64,000 nucleotides of DNA, from positions 13,875-77,874 of the IMG/VR virus record IMGVR_UViG_3300005617_000005. One strand, given 5' to 3'. The notes below the pieces were generated by a model. That model saw only the letters and a program-made list of their open reading frames with translations, was not told where the DNA came from and ran no database searches. Each line of letters starts with the position of its first letter. Position 1 is the stretch's first letter. Source of the DNA: a virus. Made by a program: the position numbers and the translations under genes. Positions 31,953 to 41,639 of the stretch are shown here, piece by piece.

Positions 31953-33340
31953 TGACCCCCAACGAGCTCGCCAGGCTCGAGCGGCTCGAGTTGCTCGTTG
32001 GCCTTCTCCAGAATTCATCTGGAATCGAGCCGCTCATCGGCGACGTCAACGGCCCGAGCAACGCGAACGCGCTCACGCAGATTGCCGCTCTCGCCGGCGG
32101 CGGCAACCAGCTCGTCGGCGTGGACAACGCCGGCTTCATCACTGTCGGTGTCGTCCCGCCGCCCGGCCCACAAGCAATGGGTGGCGACGTCACGGGCACC
32201 ACGGCTGCCAGCGTCATCTCGAAAATCCAAGCGCTCGCGGGCGGTGGTGTTCGCTTCGTAGCGGTCGACAACGCCGGCAACGTCGGCACGGCGGTTCCGC
32301 CCGCGCCGCCGGCGAACTACCCGATGGGTGGCGACGTCACGGGCACCACCAGCGCCTCCACCGTCGTGAAGATCAACGGCGCTTCCGTACCTGTTTCCGG
32401 CGCGCTCACGACAGGCAATCTTCTGCAAGTCACGGGAGCAGCGGCACTCGGCTACGCGGCGCTCAACCTTGCAGGCGGAGCCAACTTCGTCACCGGCGTT
32501 TTGCCGGAAGCGAATCAAGCCGATCAGACCATGGGCGGCGACGTCACTGGCTCGACGAGCGCTGCGACCGTCGTCAAGGTCAACGGTGCGACCGTCCCGG
32601 CAGCCGGCGCACTGACTCCTGGCAACTCGCTGCTCGTCACGGGTGCAGGCGCGCTCGGCTACGGCGCAGTGAATCTCGCTGGCGGTGCAGCGTCCGTCAC
32701 CGGCGTCCTTCCCGAGGCGAACCAGGCCGACCAAACGATGGCCGGCGACGTCACGGGTTCAACAGGCGCGAGCGTTCTCTCGAAGATTGCGGCACTCGGT
32801 GGAAGCGGCACGGTTGCCGTCAACGTAGACAACGCAGGCAATGTCATCTCGGGCGGCGCGCCGGCGACGGCCGATCCGTTTGCTTTTCTCTCGACAACCA
32901 CGGACAACCTCGTCGCATCGTCGGCGGTGAAGAACTACGACTTCGATCTCTCGGGCGCTGCGTTCACGAACAAGCTGATCCGCATGCGTGCGCGTGGCTA
33001 CGCGACGACGAAAGACACGGGCGGCGTTGCGGGTGCGAACCTTACGGGCAGCGCGCACGTGCAGACCGATGCGGTCTACGAGAACAAGAACGGCACGGTG
33101 ACGTTCGTGTCGGCTGCCGCCGGCGGCGCCGCGAACCCGATGCCGGCAGTCAACAACGAGATGACCCTTCAACCGCAAGCATGCGATGCGGCGCTTCAGT
33201 CGGGCGGCGGCGCGCCTCCCAACCTCGCGTGGACGGTAACGGGCGGAACGACCGCGCGCTTACAGCTCACGGCTACGAACAACGTGAACCGCGGAAGCTG
33301 GGAGATCGACGTATACCAACGCGTGAAGGCGGCTCCATGA
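31949..33340 (+). CDS. Putative fibre protein 3 with GDVTG repeats
   Basis: Five GDV[T/N]G-initiated repeats; N-terminal PNELARLERLELL. Confidence 0.7.
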   Translation: MMTPNELARLERLELLVGLLQNSSGIEPLIGDVNGPSNANALTQIAALAGGGNQLVGVDNAGFITVGVVPPPGPQAMGGDVTGTTAASVISKIQALAGGGVRFVAVDNAGNVGTAVPPAPPANYPMGGDVTGTTSASTVVKINGASVPVSGALTTGNLLQVTGAAALGYAALNLAGGANFVTGVLPEANQADQTMGGDVTGSTSAATVVKVNGATVPAAGALTPGNSLLVTGAGALGYGAVNLAGGAASVTGVLPEANQADQTMAGDVTGSTGASVLSKIAALGGSGTVAVNVDNAGNVISGGAPATADPFAFLSTTTDNLVASSAVKNYDFDLSGAAFTNKLIRMRARGYATTKDTGGVAGANLTGSAHVQTDAVYENKNGTVTFVSAAAGGAANPMPAVNNEMTLQPQACDAALQSGGGAPPNLAWTVTGGTTARLQLTATNNVNRGSWEIDVYQRVKAAP

Positions 33341-33635
33341 AGTGCGATTGGTGCGGAAAAAGCGTCGACAGCCTCGCGGCAACCCTTCTGGATGCGCTCG
33401 ATGGCGGCCCGTGGCGCTGCGACGAATGCCGCATGCGTGGTCACTGCAACGATTGCGGGGGCCCGTGCAAAGGCCACACGCGCGATTTCTGCGACGCCCG
33501 CTGGCCAGAAGTGAAGTGCACGCATCCACCGGGCTCGCGGCGATGCGACCACACGACGCTTCACGATGACGACGAGACGTCGGAGCAAGCGCGCGAAGCC
33601 AAGAGGCTGAAAACGCGCCGATACTCGAAAGACGC

Positions 33636-33872
33636 CTAGTCGTCGGGATCGTCGATCGCTTCCATCACGATTGTGTCGAGGTCTTCGAGTCTCGGACCCG
33701 CCGCGGGCTCCGTGATGACGTTCGCATCCTGAACCGTCTTCTCGATGTCGGCCGAGATTTTCAAAAGTTCATCGCCAGACATCTTGAGGAGTTTTTCGAG
33801 TGTCAGTCCTGACACCGTACCGCGCACTTCCAACAGAGCGCGGATGACGCAACGACGTCGATGCGGACTCAT
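33636..33872 (-). CDS. 78-aa hypothetical protein (likely real portion of ORF 33636-34850)
   Basis: TATGAT-7 nt-ATG on the minus strand. Confidence 0.6.
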   Translation of the reverse strand: MSPHRRRCVIRALLEVRGTVSGLTLEKLLKMSGDELLKISADIEKTVQDANVITEPAAGPRLEDLDTIVMEAIDDPDD

Positions 33873-33908
33873 GGGTCGGATCATACCTGCCGCATGGTAG
33901 ATTGAACC

Positions 33909-34265
33909 ATGCCGCCGACGTCGCCCTGGGACAAACTTCTCGAACACGGCGTTCTGGGAATTGTCCTCCTGATTGCGCTCTACGTGATCTCGTACCTTTG
34001 GCGACGACTCAATCAAGAGCGCGATGCGAAAGACGAGATGCAAAAAGCGCACGCCGCTGCAATGTTGGCGCAGCAAAAAGAGCACACTGCGACGATCGCG
34101 GCGCTTCAAGAGCAACGGCTTCAGAGCACGGAAAAAATAACCGGGGCGCTCATCAATGCGACCGCTGCCGTGAACAAATCGGCTGAAACCGGTAGCGAGA
34201 CCAACGATCTCTTGCGTTCGATCGCGAACGACTATCAGAATAGGCATCGGGGGCCACCACGATGA
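33909..34265 (+). CDS. Holin-like protein (one TM plus coiled coil)
   Basis: HGVLGIVLLIALYVISYLW, then coiled coil; near a lipoprotein and the GH25 lysin. Confidence 0.5.
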   Translation: MPPTSPWDKLLEHGVLGIVLLIALYVISYLWRRLNQERDAKDEMQKAHAAAMLAQQKEHTATIAALQEQRLQSTEKITGALINATAAVNKSAETGSETNDLLRSIANDYQNRHRGPPR

Positions 34266-34506
34266 CGCAACAACAGCCACCAAAAACACCGAGTCTTCCA
34301 CCGAAGTCAAAGGAAGAAGAAGACGCGGAAGCGAAGCTCGACGCCGCGTGCGCCGACCTGGACAAGGGTGCGCAAAAACTCGATGCATCCGCGACGAAAA
34401 TTCGTCGAACGATCTCCGACTCGAAGATGCGCGCCGTTCGGCTGCCAACACCGAGCCAGATCGAGCTCGATCCCAAGCCTCTGCCGAAGTGATGTAACCT
34501 AGGTGC

Positions 34507-34731
34507 ATGCGCACCTTGTTCATCCCGCTCCTCGCCTTCTCCACGGCGTGCCACGACGAATCGAAACCTGTCGTTACGCCAAACGGCCCCTCGGCAGATT
34601 GCAGCGCTGAGCGTATCCAGCAAGAGCTGGAGTGCGTGAAAACGAACTCGACGCGCGCCGGCGCCGACAAGTGCATCGCCGATCTACCGAAGAAGGACTG
34701 CACGAAGCTCGCGCCTGACGGAGGTGCGTGA
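34507..34731 (+). CDS. Small lipoprotein
   Basis: MRTLFIPLLAFSTAC lipobox. Confidence 0.65.
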   Translation: MRTLFIPLLAFSTACHDESKPVVTPNGPSADCSAERIQQELECVKTNSTRAGADKCIADLPKKDCTKLAPDGGA

Positions 34732-35356
34732 TGGGACTCCTTGATCCGAAAGACATCATCGAGATGATCCCGGTGGCGATCGGCACGGCGCAAAAACTCG
34801 TCGGTTTGATCTCGCCCAAGGCGGCTTCGGCAGTCGGCTTCGGCGGCCAAGTCGCGCTCTACGTCATCGACGCGGAGCAGAAGGGCATGACGCCCGAGGC
34901 GATCGTCGCCGGCGTGGGCGAGTTGTACGTCGGGCTCGTCGAGGATTTGAAGTACGGAGTCCCGTGAGCGAGAAGCGCCCGTGGTCGACGAAGAGTGCGG
35001 CGCATCGCTTCGGGTTCGTGGCGTGCCCGAACTGCAACCCGAAGGGCTTGCCGTCCGGCGAGATTTTCATCATGTGCGCGGTCTGCTGGGAGCCGGAAGA
35101 GAACACCCATCGACGCTTCATCCTGCGCGAGAAAGCCGAAGAGTGGGCGCGCGATCGCGGGCTTTCGGAGGACGACATCACGACGTCGCCCGAAGCGCGA
35201 AGCGCCATGTCGAATCCGCCGGCGCTTCCCGGCTCCGGCGATCGCATCCCCGACACGGAGCCAGCACCGTTCAAGCCGCCAATTCCGCGTGAGGACGACG
35301 AATACCACGAGCTCATCGACTCCGATCCCGTCCCGAAGAAGTGGTAGTCTTCGGCC

Positions 35357-35944
35357 ATGGCCAAGTTCGACTCGAAGGACTTCTGGATCGCCGCCGGCGG
35401 TGCGCTGGCATTTCTACTTGGCTGGCGTCGCCTCTCCGGCGTGATCTGGGGCATCGGCGGCATCTACGAGTACAGCAAAGGCCACAAGGTCGCCGGCAGT
35501 CTCGGCATGGCGGGCGGTGCCTCCTTCGTGCTCTTCCCGGATTGGCCGGGATCGCTCGCGGACTTCGCGCGCGCGAAGTTGAGCAGTTCGGGCTCGAGCT
35601 CGTCGGCGCCCAAGCAATTGCCCGCGCCCCAAGAGCTTCAGATCCAACCGTTCCAGCGCACGAGCTACCCCACCCTCGATCGTGATCTCGACGGCGACTG
35701 GCGCATGCTCGACGTGCGCGACATCCGCGACAAGTCCGTCAAGGAACGCGCGAACGGTCTCAAGCCCGGCGACGTCGCGAGCCTGGTGCTCCAAAACAAG
35801 AACGGTCCATACATGGTCTTCAACGCGCGCGTGATCAGCGGCGGCAACGGCATCATGTACGCTGGACAGTGGGCCTCCGGACCGCCCAAGAGCGGACCGC
35901 AAATGGCAGAGTTCGGACCCGAGCACATCTTCACTATTCACTGA
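35357..35944 (+). CDS. Membrane protein (N-terminal Gly-rich hydrophobic segments)
   Basis: Hydrophobic N-terminus, Ser linker, beta domain. Confidence 0.6.
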   Translation: MAKFDSKDFWIAAGGALAFLLGWRRLSGVIWGIGGIYEYSKGHKVAGSLGMAGGASFVLFPDWPGSLADFARAKLSSSGSSSSAPKQLPAPQELQIQPFQRTSYPTLDRDLDGDWRMLDVRDIRDKSVKERANGLKPGDVASLVLQNKNGPYMVFNARVISGGNGIMYAGQWASGPPKSGPQMAEFGPEHIFTIH

Positions 35945-36870
35945 TGCGATCCGCGCAGTCACCGCAAAAGAGCGTGTTGGCACCGAGAGTCATCGAGAAC
36001 TTCGAGGACATCGAGACCGAGGCCGATGCACTCGTGTGGCTGAATGACAACGAAGACATCGCGTACGGCGAAGCGGACGATCTCATCAAGTCGTTCCCGG
36101 AAATGTTTCGGCTCGTGCCGTACATGGTAGAAAACGAGTACGAAACGGATCTCGCGCTCACGTCGAATCGACGTAGCTGGATCCGCGAGTACGAAAAGAC
36201 CAAGGGCGTCAACTGGTGGGAAGACGACGACGGCCGCTTCTTCGTGCGCATTCTCGATGACGACGGCGCAACAACGTCCGAAGCCGACGACGCCGAGAAG
36301 CTCGATGACTACCCCCTTTTCGATGAGGAGGATCACTCCAATCTGGAGATGGAGACGCAGGCCGAGAATTGGAACGACTACGGACGACAAGAGCTACGCG
36401 ACAAAATCGAAGAGGAAGCGAACGAAGTCGACGCCGAAGCGATCGAGCGGTTGATGCTCACCATCGACGACGAAACGCTCGACAAGTACGTCCACGCGAT
36501 TTGGGAAGACAAGGGTCAATACCCCGAGCAAGAGCAGGGCGGCGGCACTATCTTCCCGAAGATCCTCGCGAACTGGGATGGCTCCGTCCTCGAGCTCGGC
36601 GATCTGTTCAGCCTTGCGGATCACGGCTACACCGTCGCGATACAACTGACGCCAGCCGCGTTCGACCGCAACGGCCGGCTCTTGTTGCGTCCGCAAGACG
36701 TTCCGCGCTCGATGCGCGCGCTCATCGACAATCCGAAGTCCACGCTGGAGATACCCTACGAGGGCGCGATCTGCGACTCGCCGTACTTCGCGTGCACGTG
36801 GACGGGCGGGAAGGAAGAACCGCAGCTAAAATTACCGGGCGTGGCCGAACGACGAAAGAGGCGGGCATGA
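35944..36870 (+). CDS. Highly acidic hypothetical protein with basic C-terminal tag
   Basis: D/E-rich body; ends VAERRKRRA. Confidence 0.65.
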   Translation: MRSAQSPQKSVLAPRVIENFEDIETEADALVWLNDNEDIAYGEADDLIKSFPEMFRLVPYMVENEYETDLALTSNRRSWIREYEKTKGVNWWEDDDGRFFVRILDDDGATTSEADDAEKLDDYPLFDEEDHSNLEMETQAENWNDYGRQELRDKIEEEANEVDAEAIERLMLTIDDETLDKYVHAIWEDKGQYPEQEQGGGTIFPKILANWDGSVLELGDLFSLADHGYTVAIQLTPAAFDRNGRLLLRPQDVPRSMRALIDNPKSTLEIPYEGAICDSPYFACTWTGGKEEPQLKLPGVAERRKRRA

Positions 36871-37625
36871 TTCGCGGACCAGACGTTTCAGCGTACCAAC
36901 CGAACGTTCTCTGGAAGAAAGTTCGCGACGCCGGCGCCGAGTTCTCGATCATCAAAGTCACCGACGGCAACAACTACACGAACCCGCTCGCGAAGGCGCA
37001 AGTGCTCGGCGCGTTCGCGGTCGGCTTGCTGGTGATGCTTTATCACTTCGCGCAGCCCAACGGAAAACCGGGCGACCTCGAATCGTGGAAAGCGGACGCG
37101 CGCGCGGAAGCGAAGCGGCTCGATGATCTCGCCGACGAGTTCGAGGGCGCACTCGGTACATATCCTGTCGGTCATCCGCGTCAGGGCGAAGCGATCAAGC
37201 TCTTCTGCTTTCTCGACGTCGAGCGCAACACACCGCTCACTGCGGAAGAGAGACCGTACTGGCGAGCGTGGTGCAACGAGTTCCGCCGGTGGTGCCGCGA
37301 AGAGGGCAAGCGCGTGATCGGCTTCTACAGCGGGAAGTTCTTCACGATGGATCTCGGCTTCGACTCGAGCTGGTCGCAGACGATTCTCTGGGTCGCGCAA
37401 TACCCACGCCCGTACAGAGAGGACGCGAACTACGGCTACTGGCCAAAAACGATTGTGCCGTGGTGGCGCGGGGACATCTGGCAGGACGGTGGGGGCATGT
37501 CGAACGCCGCCGGCGGCAACGAATCGAAGTGGCCCGGCGTCGGCGACGGCAGCACGTTTTCCGACGTCAATGTGTTCGCCGGTTCACGCTCGGAGCTCGA
37601 AGAATTGCTTCAAGCCGCCGCGTGA
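36867..37625 (+). CDS. GH25 muramidase (endolysin)
   Basis: DVSAYQ, IKVTDG, YHF, LDVE, LWVAQY, WQ, DVNVF. Confidence 0.9.
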   Translation: MIRGPDVSAYQPNVLWKKVRDAGAEFSIIKVTDGNNYTNPLAKAQVLGAFAVGLLVMLYHFAQPNGKPGDLESWKADARAEAKRLDDLADEFEGALGTYPVGHPRQGEAIKLFCFLDVERNTPLTAEERPYWRAWCNEFRRWCREEGKRVIGFYSGKFFTMDLGFDSSWSQTILWVAQYPRPYREDANYGYWPKTIVPWWRGDIWQDGGGMSNAAGGNESKWPGVGDGSTFSDVNVFAGSRSELEELLQAAA

Positions 37626-37720
37626 CGCTGGTATAGTTGGGCTGGTGCTCGACGACTGAGCCCGTGACCAAAAGGGGATGCAATGAACAAGGAACCGCTT
37701 GCGCGCGGCGTGGTGCACTG

Positions 37721-38092
37721 ATGCCGCTCATCGAATCCGTTTTCACCACCGGACAAGACCCTGAGCAGCTTGTTGCGCGCGTACGTGTAGACCGCACTGA
37801 AGTCATCCGAAACGGTGACGTCTTTCCGCACTTCGCCGGCCACCAATACTACGCGCTCAGCACGATGCGACTGATCGACGGACCGGAGGGCGAGTGGCGC
37901 GGCTCTCCAACGGAGCACGAGCTCCCGTGGCCATCGGACACGAGGTTGGTCGAAGTCGTCGTGCGCCCCATCAACGGATCCGCACGAGTGTTCACCTCGC
38001 GTGCACCGGGACACGGAAAACGTGGGCCAAAGCCAAAATCCAACGGCGTGATCCCCCACGAGCCCTTTTCCAGCGACAAAGCAGCGGAGTAG
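37721..38092 (+). CDS. Hypothetical protein preceded by a 12-codon uORF
   Basis: TGATG coupling with uORF 37683-37721. Confidence 0.55.
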   Translation: MPLIESVFTTGQDPEQLVARVRVDRTEVIRNGDVFPHFAGHQYYALSTMRLIDGPEGEWRGSPTEHELPWPSDTRLVEVVVRPINGSARVFTSRAPGHGKRGPKPKSNGVIPHEPFSSDKAAE

Positions 38093-38124
38093 CGACCTCG
38101 AGCGTGTTCGGCTAGTCTCGGCAC

Positions 38125-38652
38125 GTGGCCACCCCGCTCGCCTTCGCCGCGGCCGTTCTCGACCGGCTGGGGCTGTCCAGGACCGAAAACCGGCTCGTAG
38201 GGCTGGTTGCCTTCGTCGCCATCGAGGGCGGGCATTGGCACGACAGCGCGCGGTTCAACCCGCTCAACACCATGAAGAGCGCTCCGGGCGCGACCCAGGC
38301 GCCGGGGCTCCTCACGGGCATCAAGTCGTACCCGGATTGGCAGACGGGCATCAATGCGACCGCCGCAACGATCGTGCAAAGCAACATGCACTCGATCGCC
38401 CAAGCGTTGAAAGATGACGTCGACCCGCGATCGTTTCTCCGTGCCGTGACGCAGTCCGCGTGGTGTCCTGGGTGCGACTACACGCCGTTCGACCCGTACG
38501 CGCTCTACAAAGCGAAGGCGAACGAGAACGACTCCAGCGCTCTCGCGTACAGCGCGAGCGGCACGAACTGGAAAACCGTAGCGGTCGTCGGCGGCATCTT
38601 CGCCGGCGCCGGCGCGGCGGTGTGGTGGGTCAAGAAACGCTTTCTGAGGTGA
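38125..38652 (+). CDS. Lysozyme-like domain protein with C-terminal TM anchor
   Basis: AIEGG...FNPLNT...IKSYPDWQTGINATAATI; WKTVAVVGGIFAGAGAAVWWVKKR. Confidence 0.65.
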   Translation: MATPLAFAAAVLDRLGLSRTENRLVGLVAFVAIEGGHWHDSARFNPLNTMKSAPGATQAPGLLTGIKSYPDWQTGINATAATIVQSNMHSIAQALKDDVDPRSFLRAVTQSAWCPGCDYTPFDPYALYKAKANENDSSALAYSASGTNWKTVAVVGGIFAGAGAAVWWVKKRFLR

Positions 38653-39062
38653 TGACAATGCAAGGTCTTCAAAAAACAGTTCACGCCGACACGGAGTTCT
38701 GGTCCCTGCCGCCGAACTACCCGAACGCGATCATGGCCTACAAGCTCCCGGCGGGAGTGAAGATTCGGCCCGACGCCCAAGGCACCGAGCGTGACGGCTA
38801 CGCGCACGTGTACGATCCGGCGAACAAAGAAGGTTGGATCGCGGTCGGCGACCTCACACCGTTCGAGGACTCTGTTCGTACGCCGATTCCGACGCCGGCG
38901 CCCGCGCCGAAGCCGTCGACGCCACCGCCCGCGTCCAACAGCTCGATGATCGGCTCCGGCATCGACTGGAAGACCGTCGGTTACGCCGCTGGTGCGGTGG
39001 GCGGTGCGTTGCTGCTCTTCGGCGGCGCCGCGTACTACCTCAAGAAGCGCCGCCGGCGCTGA
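38652..39062 (+). CDS. SH3b-like protein, Pro linker, C-terminal TM anchor
   Basis: LPAGVKI...DGYAHVYDPANKEGWI; WKTVGYAAGAVGGALLLFGGAAYYLKKRRRR. Confidence 0.65.
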   Translation: MTMQGLQKTVHADTEFWSLPPNYPNAIMAYKLPAGVKIRPDAQGTERDGYAHVYDPANKEGWIAVGDLTPFEDSVRTPIPTPAPAPKPSTPPPASNSSMIGSGIDWKTVGYAAGAVGGALLLFGGAAYYLKKRRRR

Positions 39063-40461
39063 GCCTTCTTTTTTCGTCGACGCCGCGGCTTCAACGCGTA
39101 CATCGCATTGAGCAACTCTTCGAGCACGAGCGACGGGGGCATCCTCGCGGGAAACGGGTGGATGCGCTTGAAGTCCTTGTCGAACTGATCGCGCTCCTTT
39201 TTCGTGAGCTTTACTCGTCGGTTCACGACGCTTCGCCGCGACGAATCAATGCCATGATTTGACTGTCGGGCCGTACCTTCGGTTTCATCCACTCGACGGT
39301 TTGCTGCCATGCGCTCGCGAGTGCGCTGTCAAAGTCGGCACCACCCGCTCTCACGATGACATCGAAGGTGACTTCCATGCGCGGACCAACACTTTTGTGC
39401 GCGCGGCGCAGCCACTTGTCCGTGAATACTTCTCGGTGTGAAATCTCTTCGAGCACTACAACGTCGTAACCGATGATGGACGTACCGGCGCCACCAGGAC
39501 GACGCCCGCTCGCGATGACGGAGTAGCGGTGCTTCTCGTCAGAAGCGTTGGTCCAAATCTCGACGAGCAATCCTACCGTTTTCATTCGTCCGTCCAGCGC
39601 TCGACCTCGCCGCTGGGCTTCGCGCACTCGTGGTGCCCGTCGTGAAGCTTCCAGAGCGTACAGCGGACGTATTGCATGGGCTGAACCATAAGGGCCGGCA
39701 TCATCTGCGCCACGCCCGCTCGATAGCGCGGCGTGTGACACGGCAAGCGAGCGAACGCATAGGCGACTTGCAAAATCGGACGTCCGAAGCGCTTCAGCAC
39801 TCCGACGAAAATGCCGAGCAGCACGAACATCAACACCCACTCGATCCAGCTCATGATTTCTTCTCGCCTTCCGTGATTGTCATGACAGCGCACTCGCGAC
39901 ACATCGGCCGCATCGTGAAGTCCGAGCCGCCGAAGAGACGCTTGCCGCATTTGCACAAGCCCCTCGGGGGTGCCTGCGGGTAGAGGCGCTTGCGTTTGCC
40001 GGCCTCATCGACGGTGATGCCTTCGCAAAGGTAGATCTGTTTGCACTCCTTGCACACGACGTCGCCGCGCCACTCGACCACACCGTGAACGCCGCACGTC
40101 ACGGTGAGAACGACGTAGAGCCGACCACCGCATCCGCCGTGCTCTCCGGGCGTCGTGAGCATCAGATCGTCGTCAGCGACCTCGATGTCTTCGTCGCACT
40201 TCTCGCAGCGGAGCGTCTTCATCGATCCTTCGACACGGTGTACGTGCCGTCCACGAACCACTTCTCGATCTTGACGCCGTCCGTTGAAATCGTGATGACC
40301 AGCGCCATCAGATCGTCGGTGAGGGTCTCCGCGTTGCCCGTTTCGAGAAGGGCTTTGTCGCTCGCCGCTTTCGCGCGCGCAGCGTTCTCCGCGACGTCGT
40401 TCCACGAGTCGCCGCTCACATCGAGATTGATCGCAAATCGTTTCACGAGACCTCCAAGAGC

Positions 40462-40556
40462 GGGGATGCGGGAAGCCAACCCGCTGCTCGCCTTCCACCC
40501 GGCGAGCCCGTGCACCCCGGCACGAGAGGGACTCGAACCCTCGGACGCCTCATGCC
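40462..40556 (-). ncRNA. Tandem tRNA-like mini-structures
   Basis: GGCATGA/TCGTGCC 7-bp stem plus GAGGG-TTCGAGT-CCCTC T-arm; second branched unit directly after. Confidence 0.45.
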
Positions 40557-40719
40557 CGCCCCGTGAGCTTCGTGTAGTACCCGCCGAGTCGATCGAGCAA
40601 CGCGACGTACCAGGGATAGCCGACGCGATCGAGCCGCGCGGCCCAGCGCAGGAAGATGTTCATGTTCGTCTCGTGCTGCTCGAGCGCGCGCATCGTGAAG
40701 ATACGCTAGAGCATCCGGC

Positions 40720-40950
40720 TTACGCCGTCAACGACTTACGCTTGAGTAGAAACTCTGCCATCGAGATGACATTCGGGAACAACGGCTTCCGCAGCGGAGG
40801 AGCCCCGATGCCGGTCTTCGCGCGGTCCTTGTCGCTCATGTTCTTGTAGGCCCAGATGGCGACGCCACCGACGACGATCGCGCTCAACACGATCCAGTAC
40901 GTCACGGCCGGGTCACTCGGGTTGTGCCTTCGCTTGCGCCGATGCCTCAT
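40720..40950 (-). CDS. Small membrane protein with Arg-rich N-terminus
   Basis: MRHRRKRRHNP, then TM; leaderless-type promoter. Confidence 0.6.
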   Translation of the reverse strand: MRHRRKRRHNPSDPAVTYWIVLSAIVVGGVAIWAYKNMSDKDRAKTGIGAPPLRKPLFPNVISMAEFLLKRKSLTA

Positions 40951-41375
40951 GAAGGGAGGCTAGCATGCTTCAGCCGCTCTTTGAGCGTGTCGATCGCTTG
41001 TTGCGTTTGCTTCGCGAGCGAATCGAGCTGAGGAGCGACGGGATCGGCTGGGCGCTCGCGGAGAAGCTCGTTCGCGGCTTCGTACAAACAACCCTTGGCG
41101 TCTTCGAGCTCGCGGATGGCCCACTCAATGGTTTGTTTTTTCATTGTTACCCCACTCGTGGAGTGCTTCACGAAGAACGTTGAGCTTGGCCGGCACACCG
41201 CTCACGTTGCCGACAAGCGACGAGCCCGTGTGGTTGATGAGCACGATCACGATATCGGAGTGGCCCGACGCGTGCGGATCGACGCTAGTACGAACGATTT
41301 CAGCAATTCGCTCGGCAGCGCTCTCGCGATTGGCTTGGCAGTCGCACCGCTCGGCGAGTGAGTGACTCTTCTTTT

Positions 41376-41639
41376 TCATCTGAACAACTTCCCCTGAAAA
41401 TTGTGCGGTGGATGCTCGAATTCTTCTTCGTGTGTGACTGCTTCCGGGTTGTCGTACATGAACGCGGCAGCGCTGAGGACCTTCGCGGGCCCGAGTCCCG
41501 GATAGCGCTTGAAGAGCGTCTCGAACGTCGTTCCGCGTCGATGCCACGTGTAGATCCGAAATACCGGCACCTTCGTGCCCTTCACGTACCAACGACCGTC
41601 GACGAACTCGACGTGCGGGTGCTCGATGACGTTGCTCAC
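41376..41639 (-). CDS. DUF433-like wHTH protein
   Basis: GRWYVKGTKVPV..I.....G.T.E.L..RYP.L....V.SA. Confidence 0.75.
   Translation of the reverse strand: MSNVIEHPHVEFVDGRWYVKGTKVPVFRIYTWHRRGTTFETLFKRYPGLGPAKVLSAAAFMYDNPEAVTHEEEFEHPPHNFQGKLFR

Noticed and set aside
40519-40556. Complete tRNA gene
   Set aside because: No D arm, anticodon arm or CCA; reported only as tRNA-like
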